64,000 nt of DNA from Oligoflexia bacterium (GTDB taxonomy: Bacteria > Bdellovibrionota > Bdellovibrionia > JABDDW01). The DNA lies in contig JAWXAT010000031.1 in NCBI GenBank assembly GCA_034439615.1, positions 67,093-131,092 on the forward strand, in the 5' to 3' direction. The translations under genes and the position numbers were made by a program. Positions 18,048-28,305 of the stretch are shown here, piece after piece. Each line of letters starts with the position of its first letter. The first letter of the stretch is position 1. Under the pieces are notes generated by a model. It did no database searches, was not told where the DNA came from, and saw nothing but the letters and a program-made list of their open reading frames with translations.

Positions 18048-19020
18048 AACTCTTCGGTTATTTTCAGCTCTACTTTTAACTACCGCCATTCTTAGTGGAT
18101 GCACTAAAAAAGCTCCGCCTGCGGCAAAATCCCCTGTACTTATTGTAAATGGCGAGGCTCTTATAGCCACTGATTTTGCAAAATCACTAGCTCGACAATT
18201 AAAAAAATTTGATGCTCTAGCTGCAAAAGACCCAGCAATTATTCGAAAAGCAAAGGAAGCTGTAATTCGAGAGTTTATTGTTTCTACTTTGCTACGGCAG
18301 TATGCAACGAGCAAAGACCTTGTTGTCACCCAACAAGATATTGATATTGAGATTGATCGCGTAAGAAAAACTTACCCAGATGATTTTACATTTAAAACAG
18401 CCCTGGCCACTGAAGGCTTAAGTATAGATGAGTGGCGTGAGCGCATTACAAAATCTCTGTTAGAGAAAAAAGTTTTTAAAGTAATTGATAACTCCACTGG
18501 GACCCAACAAAAAGATTTAGAAGCCGACGCTCAAAAATTTTATGAAGAGCATAAAAGTGAATTTATTCGCCCAGCGCAAGTTCATCTTCAACAAATAGTA
18601 GTGACCAAAGAAGACGACGCACAAAGATTAATGAAAAAAATCCGAGAAGGCACGCCGATGTCTGATCTTGCAAAAAGATTTAGCATTTCACCTGACGGAG
18701 CAGAGGGTGGTGATATTGGTTATGTCAGTAAAGGTACAACTCCAGCTTTTGATACCGCCTTTAATATGCGCAAAGGCCAACTAAGTGGTGTGATAAAAAG
18801 TAATTACGGTTTTCACGTTATAAAGGTCCTTGACAAGAGAGACCAGACGCGTCAGAGCTTTGATCAGGTTAAGAAGCGCCTAATGATGCGACTAGCTATG
18901 GAAAGACAGCAAGAAGGCTTTCAAAAATGGCTGGAAACAGAAATTAAAAAAGCTAAAGTAGAGCGAAATGACTCTTTATTAGAGACCATGAAAATACACA
19001 CTGAGGATGCTCAAAAATGA
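18031..19020 (+). CDS. Peptidyl-prolyl isomerase lipoprotein (PrsA/PpiC-like)
   Basis: 329 aa; lipobox LSGC; parvulin motif GGDIGYV...GFHVIKV. Confidence 0.7.
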   Translation: MTPLSKTLRLFSALLLTTAILSGCTKKAPPAAKSPVLIVNGEALIATDFAKSLARQLKKFDALAAKDPAIIRKAKEAVIREFIVSTLLRQYATSKDLVVTQQDIDIEIDRVRKTYPDDFTFKTALATEGLSIDEWRERITKSLLEKKVFKVIDNSTGTQQKDLEADAQKFYEEHKSEFIRPAQVHLQQIVVTKEDDAQRLMKKIREGTPMSDLAKRFSISPDGAEGGDIGYVSKGTTPAFDTAFNMRKGQLSGVIKSNYGFHVIKVLDKRDQTRQSFDQVKKRLMMRLAMERQQEGFQKWLETEIKKAKVERNDSLLETMKIHTEDAQK

Positions 19021-19958
19021 AGCCTTTATTGATCACATTAGTTTTTCTATTTTCTCTGGCTACGCACGCAGAAATCGTGGAATCAATCGTAGCTATTGTT
19101 AATAGCACCATTGTCACGAAATCAGATATTTGGAAATACAAGGAGCGTTTACGCTCAGGCACAATTATCGATGATCTTTTGGGTAACAGCGCCGAAGCTC
19201 TCCTCAAAGATGAAAAGGCTTTATTAAAGCATATTATTGATGAGCGCATCGTTGACGATGAAGTTAAAAAACAAAATCTAAGCATCACCTTTGAAAGAGT
19301 CGAGCAAGAAGTAAATCAAATACAAGGTCGCAATGGCATTTCGCGCGAACAGCTTAAAGCCGCTCTTAAAAAAGAGGGGACAAATTTTTCAGATTACCAA
19401 GAATTTATTAAAAAGCGTATCGAGCGACAAAGTGTAATTGAAAAAGCCATCACATCAAAAATTAAAATCAGCGATGAAGACGTAGCTTCTGCGTATGAAG
19501 TAAAAAATAAATCTTCAAGCGCTACAAGTTTTGAATACAAAGTTTCCCATATTTTATTTCGCGAAGGTAAACGCTCTGATTCTGAACAACAAAAAAAAGC
19601 ACAAGAAGTTTATGAAAAAATAAAAAACGCAGGCAACTTCGAAGCACTTGCCAGTCAATACAGCGAAGACCCAGGTTTTAACGAAGGTGGTTTTTTAGGT
19701 ACTTTTAGAGCCGGGGAAACACTACCACCCCTTGAAGATTCTTTTAAAACATTGAGTCCCGGCGAAGTGGCAAAACCAGTAAAGACAAAGCTTGGTTATC
19801 ACATCGTAAAACTTCTTGAGAGACATGTTGTGTCTGACGCTGAGTTTGAAAAGAAAAAAGATGTTATTCGCAACGAACTTTATCAAAAAGCTTTTGTAAA
19901 ACAATTTCAATTTTGGCTTGATCAAAAAAGGCAAGAGGCCTTCATCAAGATTAATTAG
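19017..19958 (+). CDS. surA: SurA-like chaperone / peptidyl-prolyl isomerase
   Basis: 313 aa; signal peptide; parvulin domain HILF...GYHIVKL; immediately upstream of pdxA as in E. coli surA-pdxA. Confidence 0.7.
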   Translation: MKPLLITLVFLFSLATHAEIVESIVAIVNSTIVTKSDIWKYKERLRSGTIIDDLLGNSAEALLKDEKALLKHIIDERIVDDEVKKQNLSITFERVEQEVNQIQGRNGISREQLKAALKKEGTNFSDYQEFIKKRIERQSVIEKAITSKIKISDEDVASAYEVKNKSSSATSFEYKVSHILFREGKRSDSEQQKKAQEVYEKIKNAGNFEALASQYSEDPGFNEGGFLGTFRAGETLPPLEDSFKTLSPGEVAKPVKTKLGYHIVKLLERHVVSDAEFEKKKDVIRNELYQKAFVKQFQFWLDQKRQEAFIKIN

Positions 19959-19967
19959 GCGGTCTTC

Positions 19968-20960
19968 ATGTTGCGCCCTTTACGAATCGCAATCACCAGC
20001 GGCGACGCCCACGGCATCGGCCCTGAGGTAGTAGCAAAAGCATTAAATAAAATTGGGCCACGAAAAAATGTACAGTTTTTATTGTGGCGAAATTCTGAGT
20101 TTCCAAAACGAGATCTTCAGCGAATAAAAAAAGAATTCAAACTTATTTCAACAAATAGTTGGGCTGAAGCACTAACTAAAATGCCAAGCTCAAACAAAGA
20201 ACTTGTCGACATTTGTTTAAATTCTAATCCCGCAACTTGGGTTGAAGAAGCCGCCTCTGCATGTTTTTTTAAACACCTTGATGGTTTAGCAACCGCACCA
20301 CTTTCAAAACCAACAATAAAAGCTAGCGGCCTTAAAGACATTGGACATACTGATATTTTAAAACGTATTTCAAAAACACAGAATGTCTATATGACTTTTT
20401 TAGGCAGTGAGTTTAATGTCATGCTGGCGACGGGGCATTGCCCAATTAGCCAAGTGAGCTCTAAACTTTCAGCACACAGTATTGAAACAGCGGTTCTCTC
20501 TGCCACACGATTTATAAAAACCCTTCATCACCTAGGTGTGAAAAACATAATTAAAAAGCCACTCGGTGTACTTGGGTTAAATCCCCATGCTGGCGATGCA
20601 GGACTTATTGGAAATGAAGAATTCGAATTTATTCAGCCGGTTTTAGAGCGACTAAAAGAACAAAAAGTTGCTCTCGAAGGACCCCTTGTACCAGATTCGG
20701 CCTTTACTCCAAATCATTGGGCACGATATAGTCTTTATCTTGCTCTCTACCATGATCAAGGGCTTATTCCCTTTAAGACTGTACATGGGCAAAAGGGAGT
20801 ACACGTAACATGGGGACTTCCCTTTGTTCGAACAAGCGTTGATCACGGAACGGCATTCGATATCGCCGGCCTTGATAAGGCAGATGCTACAAGTATGCGC
20901 CTTGCCATAGAGTGGGCGCTAAAACTAAGCTCCGGTCTTGCCCGCGAAGTTATCGAATAA
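19968..20960 (+). CDS. pdxA: 4-hydroxythreonine-4-phosphate dehydrogenase
   Basis: 330 aa; PdxA family (ITSGDAHGIGPEV..., GLNPHAGD, HGTAFDIAG). Confidence 0.85.
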   Translation: MLRPLRIAITSGDAHGIGPEVVAKALNKIGPRKNVQFLLWRNSEFPKRDLQRIKKEFKLISTNSWAEALTKMPSSNKELVDICLNSNPATWVEEAASACFFKHLDGLATAPLSKPTIKASGLKDIGHTDILKRISKTQNVYMTFLGSEFNVMLATGHCPISQVSSKLSAHSIETAVLSATRFIKTLHHLGVKNIIKKPLGVLGLNPHAGDAGLIGNEEFEFIQPVLERLKEQKVALEGPLVPDSAFTPNHWARYSLYLALYHDQGLIPFKTVHGQKGVHVTWGLPFVRTSVDHGTAFDIAGLDKADATSMRLAIEWALKLSSGLAREVIE

Positions 20961-20977
20961 AAATAAAGAGGTTTAAT

Positions 20978-22342
20978 ATGATGAATGAAGAAATTTTTAG
21001 AGAATATGACATTCGCGGTGTGGTGGATAAAGATTTTGACCCGCAATTTGCAGCGATCTTAGGAAAAGCTTACGCCACATACTTGAAACAAAACAATGTC
21101 AAAGCACCTTCCCAAATTTCTGTTGGTTACGATGCTAGACTTTCTTCAACGAATATTTGTGAGTTTCTTTGTAAGGGCCTTACAAGTTCTGGTGTGAATG
21201 TTTTAAATCTCGGACTCATCACAACACCCCTTTCATATTTCAGTACGTTTACACTTCCTATTAGTGGCGCAATTATGATTACAGGCAGTCATAACCCACC
21301 TGATTATAATGGTTTTAAAATCAGCCTAGGTAAGTCCACAATTTTTGGCGACGAAATTCAAAAGCTTAAAAAAATAATATTAGAAAAAGATTTTATCAAA
21401 CCCGCTACAGAGGGCACTGTAAAAATTCAACCTATCTTTACTTCGTATGTCGAGCGCTACAGTAATGATTTTAAAATGGGAAACCCCGTAAAAGTTGTTG
21501 TTGATTGCGGTAACGGTGCTGCGGGAGTTATTACCAGAAAACTTTTTGATAAACTCGGCATCACTTGTGAAATTTTATTTGAAGAGCCTGACGGAAGATT
21601 TCCTAACCATCACCCCGACCCAACTATCGAAGCTAATCTCACGCATTTAAAAAAACGCGTTATTGAAACGGGCGCTGTGTGTGGAATAGGCTTTGACGGT
21701 GATGCTGATCGCATTGGCGTTATGGATCACACCGGCCGCCTTCTATATGGTGATGAGCTCATGGTTATTTTCTCACGGTCTGTGCTTGCGAAGTTTCCGG
21801 GAACAGCGATCATCGGTGATGTGAAATGCTCTGATCGACTTTATAAAGATATTGAAGCTCACAAAGGTAAGGCTGTGATGTATAAAACAGGTCACAGCTT
21901 AATTAAAAGTAAGATGAAAGAAATGGGCTCATTGTTTTCTGGCGAAATGAGTGGGCATGTATTTTTTGCTGATCGCAATTATGGCTATGATGACGCCATC
22001 TATGCTGGCGCAAGACTAATCGAGATACTTTCTCAAACGGGCAAAAACATACCTCAACTTTTAGAAGGTTTGCCACCCGCGTTTTCTACTCCTGAAATTA
22101 GAATCGATACAACCGAAGTAAAAAAACGCTCAATTGTTGAAGAAATGCGAAAGCAGTTTTGTAGACCGCCGTACATTGTTAATGAAATTGACGGTATCCG
22201 CATTTCATTTGATGACGGGTTTGCACTTGTTCGCTCAAGTAATACTCAACCAGTAATTGTTTGTCGCTTTGAAGCAACGTCTCCAACAAGACTTAAAGAA
22301 ATTCGACAACTTGTTGAGGGAGCCCTAAAGAGTCTTTTGTGA
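20978..22342 (+). CDS. Phosphomannomutase/phosphoglucomutase (alpha-D-phosphohexomutase)
   Basis: Active-site TGSHNP; metal loop GFDGDADR; ATG 20978 with RBS AAAGAGG preferred over track start 20912 which overlaps pdxA. Confidence 0.85.
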   Translation: MMNEEIFREYDIRGVVDKDFDPQFAAILGKAYATYLKQNNVKAPSQISVGYDARLSSTNICEFLCKGLTSSGVNVLNLGLITTPLSYFSTFTLPISGAIMITGSHNPPDYNGFKISLGKSTIFGDEIQKLKKIILEKDFIKPATEGTVKIQPIFTSYVERYSNDFKMGNPVKVVVDCGNGAAGVITRKLFDKLGITCEILFEEPDGRFPNHHPDPTIEANLTHLKKRVIETGAVCGIGFDGDADRIGVMDHTGRLLYGDELMVIFSRSVLAKFPGTAIIGDVKCSDRLYKDIEAHKGKAVMYKTGHSLIKSKMKEMGSLFSGEMSGHVFFADRNYGYDDAIYAGARLIEILSQTGKNIPQLLEGLPPAFSTPEIRIDTTEVKKRSIVEEMRKQFCRPPYIVNEIDGIRISFDDGFALVRSSNTQPVIVCRFEATSPTRLKEIRQLVEGALKSLL

Positions 22343-24927
22343 TACAGCCCGAAGACGACTTTGTTACTGATTCAGATATTTTAGTTCGTGGAGCGCGCGA
22401 GCACAATCTTAAAAACATCAACGTAGATATTCCGCGAAATAAAATTACAGTAATTACAGGGCTCAGCGGTAGCGGAAAATCATCGCTCGCTTTTGACACC
22501 ATCTATGCCGAAGGTCAAAGGCGTTATGTTGAGAGTCTTTCAAGTTATGCGCGACAATTTTTAGAACAACTTAAAAAACCTGATGTTGATTCAATTACAG
22601 GCCTTTCTCCTGCGATTAGTATTGAGCAAAAAACAACAAGTACAAACCCGCGCTCAACAGTAGGTACGGTCACTGAAATTTATGATTATCTTCGTTTGCT
22701 CTTTGCTCGCGTTGGTCAGCCTCACTGTTATAATTGCAATCGATTAATCTCAAGTCAAACCGTTGACCAAATGGTCGCACGAATCAAAGAACTTCCTGAC
22801 AATACAAAGATTCATATTTTAGCTCCTATGATCCGCGGTAAAAAAGGTGAGTACTTAGCAGAATTTAAAAAATGGATGAAGCTTGGCTTTGTTCGTGTAC
22901 GTATTGACGGCACTGTACTTGAGCTTGCCAATGCCAAGAAGCTTGAAAAAAACAAAGTGCATGACATTGATCTTTTTATTGATCGTCTTATTTTAAAAGA
23001 CACAGCCCTTTCAAGATTGAGTGAGGGCCTTGAAACAGCTCTTAGAATGACTGAGGGGCTTGCTAAAGTTGAAGTTGTTGATAAAAAAGAATTTATAAAC
23101 CTTAGCTCAATGAATGCCTGTGTAAATTGTGGCGTAAGTTATCCAGAAATTGAACCGAGAATTTTTAGCTTCAATAATCCTAGGGGTGCTTGTGCAAGTT
23201 GTAATGGCCTTGGAATCAAACAACCTCAGTATGACTGGGAATGGAAAGAAGAAGACTACGAAGAGGCAAAGCCGTGCACTGAATGCCACGGGGATCGTCT
23301 TAAAAAAGAGCCCCTACATGTTTTACTAGGGGGGAAAAACATAGTTCACCTCAGCCGGCTTACATCAAAAGATTTAAAAGAATTTTTATTGTCTTTAAAG
23401 TTTTCTTCTCGAGAAAAAGAAATTGCAGAGAAAGTAAGAAAAGAAATTTTAGAGAGACTTGATTTTTTATCTCACGTTGGAGTTGATTATCTCTCACTTG
23501 ATAGACCCAGTCGCACACTCAGTGGTGGCGAAAGCCAGCGTATTAGACTTGCAACTCAAATCGGGTCCTCACTCATTGGAGTGCTTTATGTTCTTGATGA
23601 ACCAAGCATTGGCCTTCACCCCAGAGATCACGCAAGACTTCTGAGAACACTAAGAGATCTTTGTGAACTGGGGAACACCGTCTTACTTGTTGAACATGAT
23701 GATGAAACTATCAGATCTGCTGATCACATTATTGATCTTGGCCCTGGTGCTGGTAAAAATGGTGGGGCCCTCATTGCAAATGGCACACTTAAAGACATTA
23801 TTAAAAACAAAGAAAGCCTCACGGGCGCATTTTTAAGTGGCAGAGAGAAGATTGAAATACCAAAGTCTCGAAGACTTGGTATTGGGAAGTCTATTGTTTT
23901 AAAAGGTGCCACAGGAAATAATCTTAAAAAAGTCGATCTTACAATTAATTTAGGAACACTAAATGTCATAACAGGTGTTAGTGGTAGCGGAAAATCAACA
24001 CTCATCATTGACACTTTTTATAAAGCGCTAAGCAAACATTTTTACAACAGCTCAGCCACGCCATCTGCGTATGATTCTTTAACTGGCATTGATCAACTCG
24101 ATAAAGTGATTGATATTGATCAAAGCCCGATTGGTCGCACACCCAGATCAAACCCCGCAACTTACACCGGCCTATTCACACTTGTTCGCGATTTATTTGC
24201 TCAGCTTCCTGATTCAAAAATGAGAGGTTACAAGGCTGGCCGCTATAGCTTTAATGTCAAAGGCGGGCGTTGCGAGGCCTGTGAGGGTGATGGTCTTATT
24301 AAAATTGAAATGCATTTTTTGCCAAATGTTTACGTTCAGTGTGATACTTGCCAAGGTCGTCGATATAATCGCGAAACTTTAGAGGTAAAATATAAAAATA
24401 AAAATATCGCCGAAGTATTAGCAATGGATGTTGACGAAGCACTTCCTTTCTTTGATAAAATTCCTTCGATAAAACAAAAACTCGCCACACTTTATAGTGT
24501 TGGTTTGGGTTACATTGGCCTTGGTCAAAGCTCCACAACATTAAGTGGTGGTGAAGCGCAAAGAATAAAGTTGAGTAAAGAACTCTCAAAACGAAGCACA
24601 GGTCGCACTCTCTATATACTTGATGAACCAACTACCGGGCTTCACTTTGATGATGTAAGAAAATTATTAGATATTCTTCAAGCACTTGTTGATCAAGGAA
24701 ACACTGTAATTGTAATTGAGCATAATTTAGATGTAGCAAAAGTTGCTGATCACATTATTGATCTTGGGCCAGACGGGGGAAGCGGCGGGGGTTATGTCGT
24801 CGCAACTGGTACACCTGAAGAAGTCGCCAGCAATAAAGATAGTTATACAGGGCATTTCTTGAAAAAAGTTTTACTCCCAACGTCTAACAAATCAACACCA
24901 CTTAGCACGGCCACCAAAACCCTCTAG
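22339..24927 (+). CDS. uvrA: Excinuclease ABC subunit A
   Basis: 862 aa; two ABC modules ([18 protein letters not shown]), Zn-finger CxxC pairs; GTG start overlapping upstream stop. Confidence 0.95.
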   Translation: MIQPEDDFVTDSDILVRGAREHNLKNINVDIPRNKITVITGLSGSGKSSLAFDTIYAEGQRRYVESLSSYARQFLEQLKKPDVDSITGLSPAISIEQKTTSTNPRSTVGTVTEIYDYLRLLFARVGQPHCYNCNRLISSQTVDQMVARIKELPDNTKIHILAPMIRGKKGEYLAEFKKWMKLGFVRVRIDGTVLELANAKKLEKNKVHDIDLFIDRLILKDTALSRLSEGLETALRMTEGLAKVEVVDKKEFINLSSMNACVNCGVSYPEIEPRIFSFNNPRGACASCNGLGIKQPQYDWEWKEEDYEEAKPCTECHGDRLKKEPLHVLLGGKNIVHLSRLTSKDLKEFLLSLKFSSREKEIAEKVRKEILERLDFLSHVGVDYLSLDRPSRTLSGGESQRIRLATQIGSSLIGVLYVLDEPSIGLHPRDHARLLRTLRDLCELGNTVLLVEHDDETIRSADHIIDLGPGAGKNGGALIANGTLKDIIKNKESLTGAFLSGREKIEIPKSRRLGIGKSIVLKGATGNNLKKVDLTINLGTLNVITGVSGSGKSTLIIDTFYKALSKHFYNSSATPSAYDSLTGIDQLDKVIDIDQSPIGRTPRSNPATYTGLFTLVRDLFAQLPDSKMRGYKAGRYSFNVKGGRCEACEGDGLIKIEMHFLPNVYVQCDTCQGRRYNRETLEVKYKNKNIAEVLAMDVDEALPFFDKIPSIKQKLATLYSVGLGYIGLGQSSTTLSGGEAQRIKLSKELSKRSTGRTLYILDEPTTGLHFDDVRKLLDILQALVDQGNTVIVIEHNLDVAKVADHIIDLGPDGGSGGGYVVATGTPEEVASNKDSYTGHFLKKVLLPTSNKSTPLSTATKTL

Positions 24928-25018
24928 ACCTACTTAGGACTAGTTTAATTTTGGATATTTCGTACAACTTCTAATCACCACCATAAGTTAGCCACTTGAA
25001 ATCAAAGATGTTTTCAAT

Positions 25019-25079
25019 ATCTCCCTTCGTCATACCGACAAAAGTAATAGCAAGACCTTGGACTTGTATTAAGGGAGAT
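25019..25079 (+). promoter_or_regulatory. 9-bp perfect inverted repeat (atctccctt ... aagggagat) whose 3' arm is the Shine-Dalgarno of the S8 protease gene
   Basis: Arms at 25019-25027 and 25071-25079; GTG start at 25082. Confidence 0.45.
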
Positions 25080-25081
25080 GC

Positions 25082-26725
25082 GTGTTTCGATCGTTGTTAC
25101 TTTTTTTATTCTGCACACTATCAAGCCTTCAATTAAAGGCTCAGTGTCTTCCTGCGGATCAAATTCCAAATCAATACATCATTCGCCTTAAAAAAGTATC
25201 AACCATTGTACCCAATCAAAGCCTTAGCGCTAAGAGTCTACAAAACATTCAAATAAGCCGTATAGAAAATGATCTTAAAAATCGCACTCTTTCTTTTCAA
25301 AATATTTTTAGCCCCAAGAATATAAAAATTCAAAATTCCTTTGTGGATAATAAGTCCGTAAATCCATCATCACCACCACACACCTTAGTGATTAAAACAA
25401 AAAATATTTTTGATTTAGCTTTTCTTCAATCACACCTTGATATTGAAACCGTAGAACAAGACTGTCGTTTGCATTTATTTAATGTAAATTCCCCAGCGAG
25501 CACACCACCGAACGACCCCATGTATTTACAGCAGTGGGCATTAGAAAAAATCAAAGCCCCTCAAGCTTGGCAAATCACCAAGGGTAAAAACGATGTCATC
25601 GTCGGCATTTCAGACACAGGCGTTGATTATCTTCACGAAGATCTCAATGTGAATATGTGGATAAATCCCGATGAAACTCCCAACAACGGCATTGATGATG
25701 ATCGAAATGGTTGTATTGATGACATTCATGGTTGCGACTTAGCTGAAGATAACGGCCAACCTATGCCCCCACCAACAAGTCGAAGCCACAGTCATGGCAC
25801 ACATGTCGCTGGCATTGTCGGGGCCGCAACCTCTAATTTCACAGGTATTGCAGGAACTGCTCCCGGTATTAAACTCATGGCCTTAAAAGGATTTAAAAAT
25901 AATTTAGATGGAATAACTGATGGGTCAGATCTTTTAAAAACAATTTACTATGCTGTTAATAATGGTGCGCGCGTTATTAATTGTAGTTGGGGCCGTAAAG
26001 GAACACCAACTTCCGCTGAATTAGATGCCATCAAATACGCAATTGATAATGGCGTTACTATTGTAGCGGCCGCAGGAAACAGCAATCTTGACAGCAGTTC
26101 ATTCACACCCGCATCAATTCCAGGTGTTATTACAGTGGGCGCTAGTGATTCAAACGATCAAATTGCAAGCTTTAGTAACTGGGGCACTCGCGTTGATATT
26201 ATTGCCCCTGGCGGAAAAGGATTTGATGCCTTCGGAAATATGGAAGACCCCATTTTATCAACGCTTCCAAGATCACAGGGAATGTACGGAAATTTTATTG
26301 GAACAAGCATGTCAGCACCTTATGTCGCAGGAGCCGCAGCACTTATATTAAGCATAAACTCTAACTTAACTCCGGCCGATGTACTTTCTATTCTAAAACT
26401 CTCAGGCGACATGGTTCATGTTCGTACATCTGGTGGTAAAGAGTTCGATTACCCCCGGCTTAATTTATATAACGCCGTAAGATTAGCACAAACAACAACA
26501 CCGAGTTCTAGTTCTAATAATGGTTCATCTGGAAATAATGGCGGGTCAAATTCGCAATCATCATCACAACTAACTCAACCCACAAGTTCAGCACCTGCTA
26601 CAAATAAAAACGGTGGATGCAACCTCTCTAGCTCACGCCAAATAGATTACCCCACCGGATCATTATTACTTTTATTACTACCGCTGGGACTTATCACTTT
26701 ACTTAAAAAGTACCGCCCCAACTAA
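25082..26725 (+). CDS. Secreted subtilisin-family (S8) serine protease with Ser/Asn-rich linker and C-terminal sorting-signal-like tail
   Basis: 547 aa; signal peptide; triad motifs GISDTGVD, HGTHVAG, GTSMSAPYVAGAAAL; tail GGCNLSS...LLLLLLPLGLITLLKKYRPN. Confidence 0.85.
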   Translation: MFRSLLLFLFCTLSSLQLKAQCLPADQIPNQYIIRLKKVSTIVPNQSLSAKSLQNIQISRIENDLKNRTLSFQNIFSPKNIKIQNSFVDNKSVNPSSPPHTLVIKTKNIFDLAFLQSHLDIETVEQDCRLHLFNVNSPASTPPNDPMYLQQWALEKIKAPQAWQITKGKNDVIVGISDTGVDYLHEDLNVNMWINPDETPNNGIDDDRNGCIDDIHGCDLAEDNGQPMPPPTSRSHSHGTHVAGIVGAATSNFTGIAGTAPGIKLMALKGFKNNLDGITDGSDLLKTIYYAVNNGARVINCSWGRKGTPTSAELDAIKYAIDNGVTIVAAAGNSNLDSSSFTPASIPGVITVGASDSNDQIASFSNWGTRVDIIAPGGKGFDAFGNMEDPILSTLPRSQGMYGNFIGTSMSAPYVAGAAALILSINSNLTPADVLSILKLSGDMVHVRTSGGKEFDYPRLNLYNAVRLAQTTTPSSSSNNGSSGNNGGSNSQSSSQLTQPTSSAPATNKNGGCNLSSSRQIDYPTGSLLLLLLPLGLITLLKKYRPN

Positions 26726-26728
26726 GTT

Positions 26729-27061
26729 TTAAGCTTTACCTGATAAGTTAAACGCGATGATGAGCGCGTAAATTACTAATGACTCGATAAGAGCCAAACC
26801 AATGATCATGGGAACAAAAATTTTCCCTTGAGCCGCTGGATTGCGAGCAATACCGTCAAGTGCCGCTGCTGCAGCTTTACCTTGGCCAATAGCACCACCA
26901 AAAGCAGCAATACCGATAGCGAGTGCTGCGCCAATGGCATAAAGACCGCCACCTTTTCCGCCAGCTACTTCCTCAGCGAGAGCCGGTACAGATGCAAGAA
27001 GCGTCAATGCGCTGATGAAACTTAGACGAAAAAAATTCTTCATAGGTGAGATCCTCCTCAA
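26729..27061 (-). CDS. atpE: F0F1 ATP synthase subunit c with N-terminal signal-peptide-like extension
   Basis: 110 aa; C-terminal 75 aa is a c-subunit hairpin (GQG...ARNP...IESLVIYALIIA); extra about 30 aa N-terminal hydrophobic segment. Confidence 0.85.
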   Translation of the reverse strand: MRRISPMKNFFRLSFISALTLLASVPALAEEVAGGKGGGLYAIGAALAIGIAAFGGAIGQGKAAAAALDGIARNPAAQGKIFVPMIIGLALIESLVIYALIIAFNLSGKA

Positions 27062-27748
27062 TTAGTGATCATGCGCCGTGGCCATTTGAATATAGACCAT
27101 CGACAAAAGTGAAAATACAAACGCTTGCACAAAGCAAACAAACATACCCAAAAGATAAAACACCATCGGAACGCCAACTGGCACTAGATTTAAGAAAATC
27201 GTCAAAACCGTATGGTCACCGGTCATGTTTCCGAAAAGACGCAAACCCAAACTCATAGGCCTTACAGCATGAGATATTAATTCAATGGGAAGCATCAGTG
27301 GGGCCAGCCAAATTAAGGGCCCCAAAAAATGTTTAAAATAAGCAAGGCCACTTTCTTTAACGCCAAGTGCGTTATACAAAATAAAAACAAAAAGTCCGCA
27401 AGCTAAAGTTGTATTTAAATTATCTGTCGCCGGGTTAATACCGGGAAATAATCCGAAAATATTATTTAGAAAAACATAAATAAAAAGTGCTCCGATTATT
27501 GGAACATACTTTTCACTGCCGTGGCCCAAAACTGAATCTACAAAACCAGTGAGAGCTTCAACAATAACTTCAAACATATTTCGCAATGTGAATTTTTGAG
27601 CCGGAACCAATGCCGCCTCTGGAACCCCAGCAACCGAATATGCCAGCAATGAAAGCGCTGAAATTGCGAGAGTGCAAAAACCCGCCGTTAAAACATGGTC
27701 GGGGTAGTGTTCGAGGCCTGGAATAAGATGAAACCAAGTAAAATGCAT
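27062..27748 (-). CDS. atpB: F0F1 ATP synthase subunit a
   Basis: 228 aa; conserved Arg in LSLGLRLFGNM. Confidence 0.85.
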   Translation of the reverse strand: MHFTWFHLIPGLEHYPDHVLTAGFCTLAISALSLLAYSVAGVPEAALVPAQKFTLRNMFEVIVEALTGFVDSVLGHGSEKYVPIIGALFIYVFLNNIFGLFPGINPATDNLNTTLACGLFVFILYNALGVKESGLAYFKHFLGPLIWLAPLMLPIELISHAVRPMSLGLRLFGNMTGDHTVLTIFLNLVPVGVPMVFYLLGMFVCFVQAFVFSLLSMVYIQMATAHDH

Positions 27749-28111
27749 TTATATCCTTTTATCCGATATTGCAGTTTGTAGCCCAGTAATAAGAAAGCTT
27801 CCAACTAAACTTGCTATGCCTACAAAAAGAGGCACTAAAGATAGCTTTAATTCCATTATGTAATAATAAAGAAGCAAACCTAAAATCGCGTATTTAGTTA
27901 CCAAGATACCAATTGTTATAGCAACAGGTTTTTTATCCAAAATGCGCCGCCAAAGCAGAGAAAGTAGGGCAAAGTTCAATGTTATTAAAAAAGCCCCTGC
28001 TAAAAAGCCAAAAATCTGAGATGCATCAACAAAAAACAAGATGATTCCACATACTGCAACCATAAGTGCTTGGGTTTTAAAAACGCCCTTAAGACTGGGC
28101 ATTATCGTCAT
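27749..28111 (-). CDS. atpI: ATP synthase protein I-like membrane protein
   Basis: 120 aa, 4 TM, directly upstream of atpB. Confidence 0.5.
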   Translation of the reverse strand: MTIMPSLKGVFKTQALMVAVCGIILFFVDASQIFGFLAGAFLITLNFALLSLLWRRILDKKPVAITIGILVTKYAILGLLLYYYIMELKLSLVPLFVGIASLVGSFLITGLQTAISDKRI

Positions 28112-28301
28112 TCATGAGGGCTTTAAGACGAACAATAAGGCGTATAAAGCCCAAAATACAACCCGCCACAGCCCCAATTGAAGTATATAGGCTTCCCGCA
28201 TCAAAATGCGTATCGGCGAGACTCCCCAACCATAAAAGTACAAGTACAGTTACAGCCAGTTCCGTGACGCTTAAAATGATTACTCCGTAAGTTTTAGTCA
28301 A
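28089..28301 (-). CDS. AtpZ/AtpR-like small membrane protein
   Basis: 70 aa, 2 TM, operon position upstream of atpI. Confidence 0.4.
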   Translation of the reverse strand: MTKTYGVIILSVTELAVTVLVLLWLGSLADTHFDAGSLYTSIGAVAGCILGFIRLIVRLKALMNDDNAQS

Positions 28302-28305
28302 AACC

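Noticed and set aside
26723-26731. S8 protease and atpE stops only 3 bp apart (convergent), leaving no room for terminators
   Set aside because: Tight convergent ends are common; there is nothing to test beyond noting it.
26729-27061. Calling the c subunit Na+-specific
   Set aside because: Only Q (in GQG), E, S and Y of the Na+ motif are present. The Thr/Ser position is Leu (ESLVIY), so ion specificity cannot be inferred.
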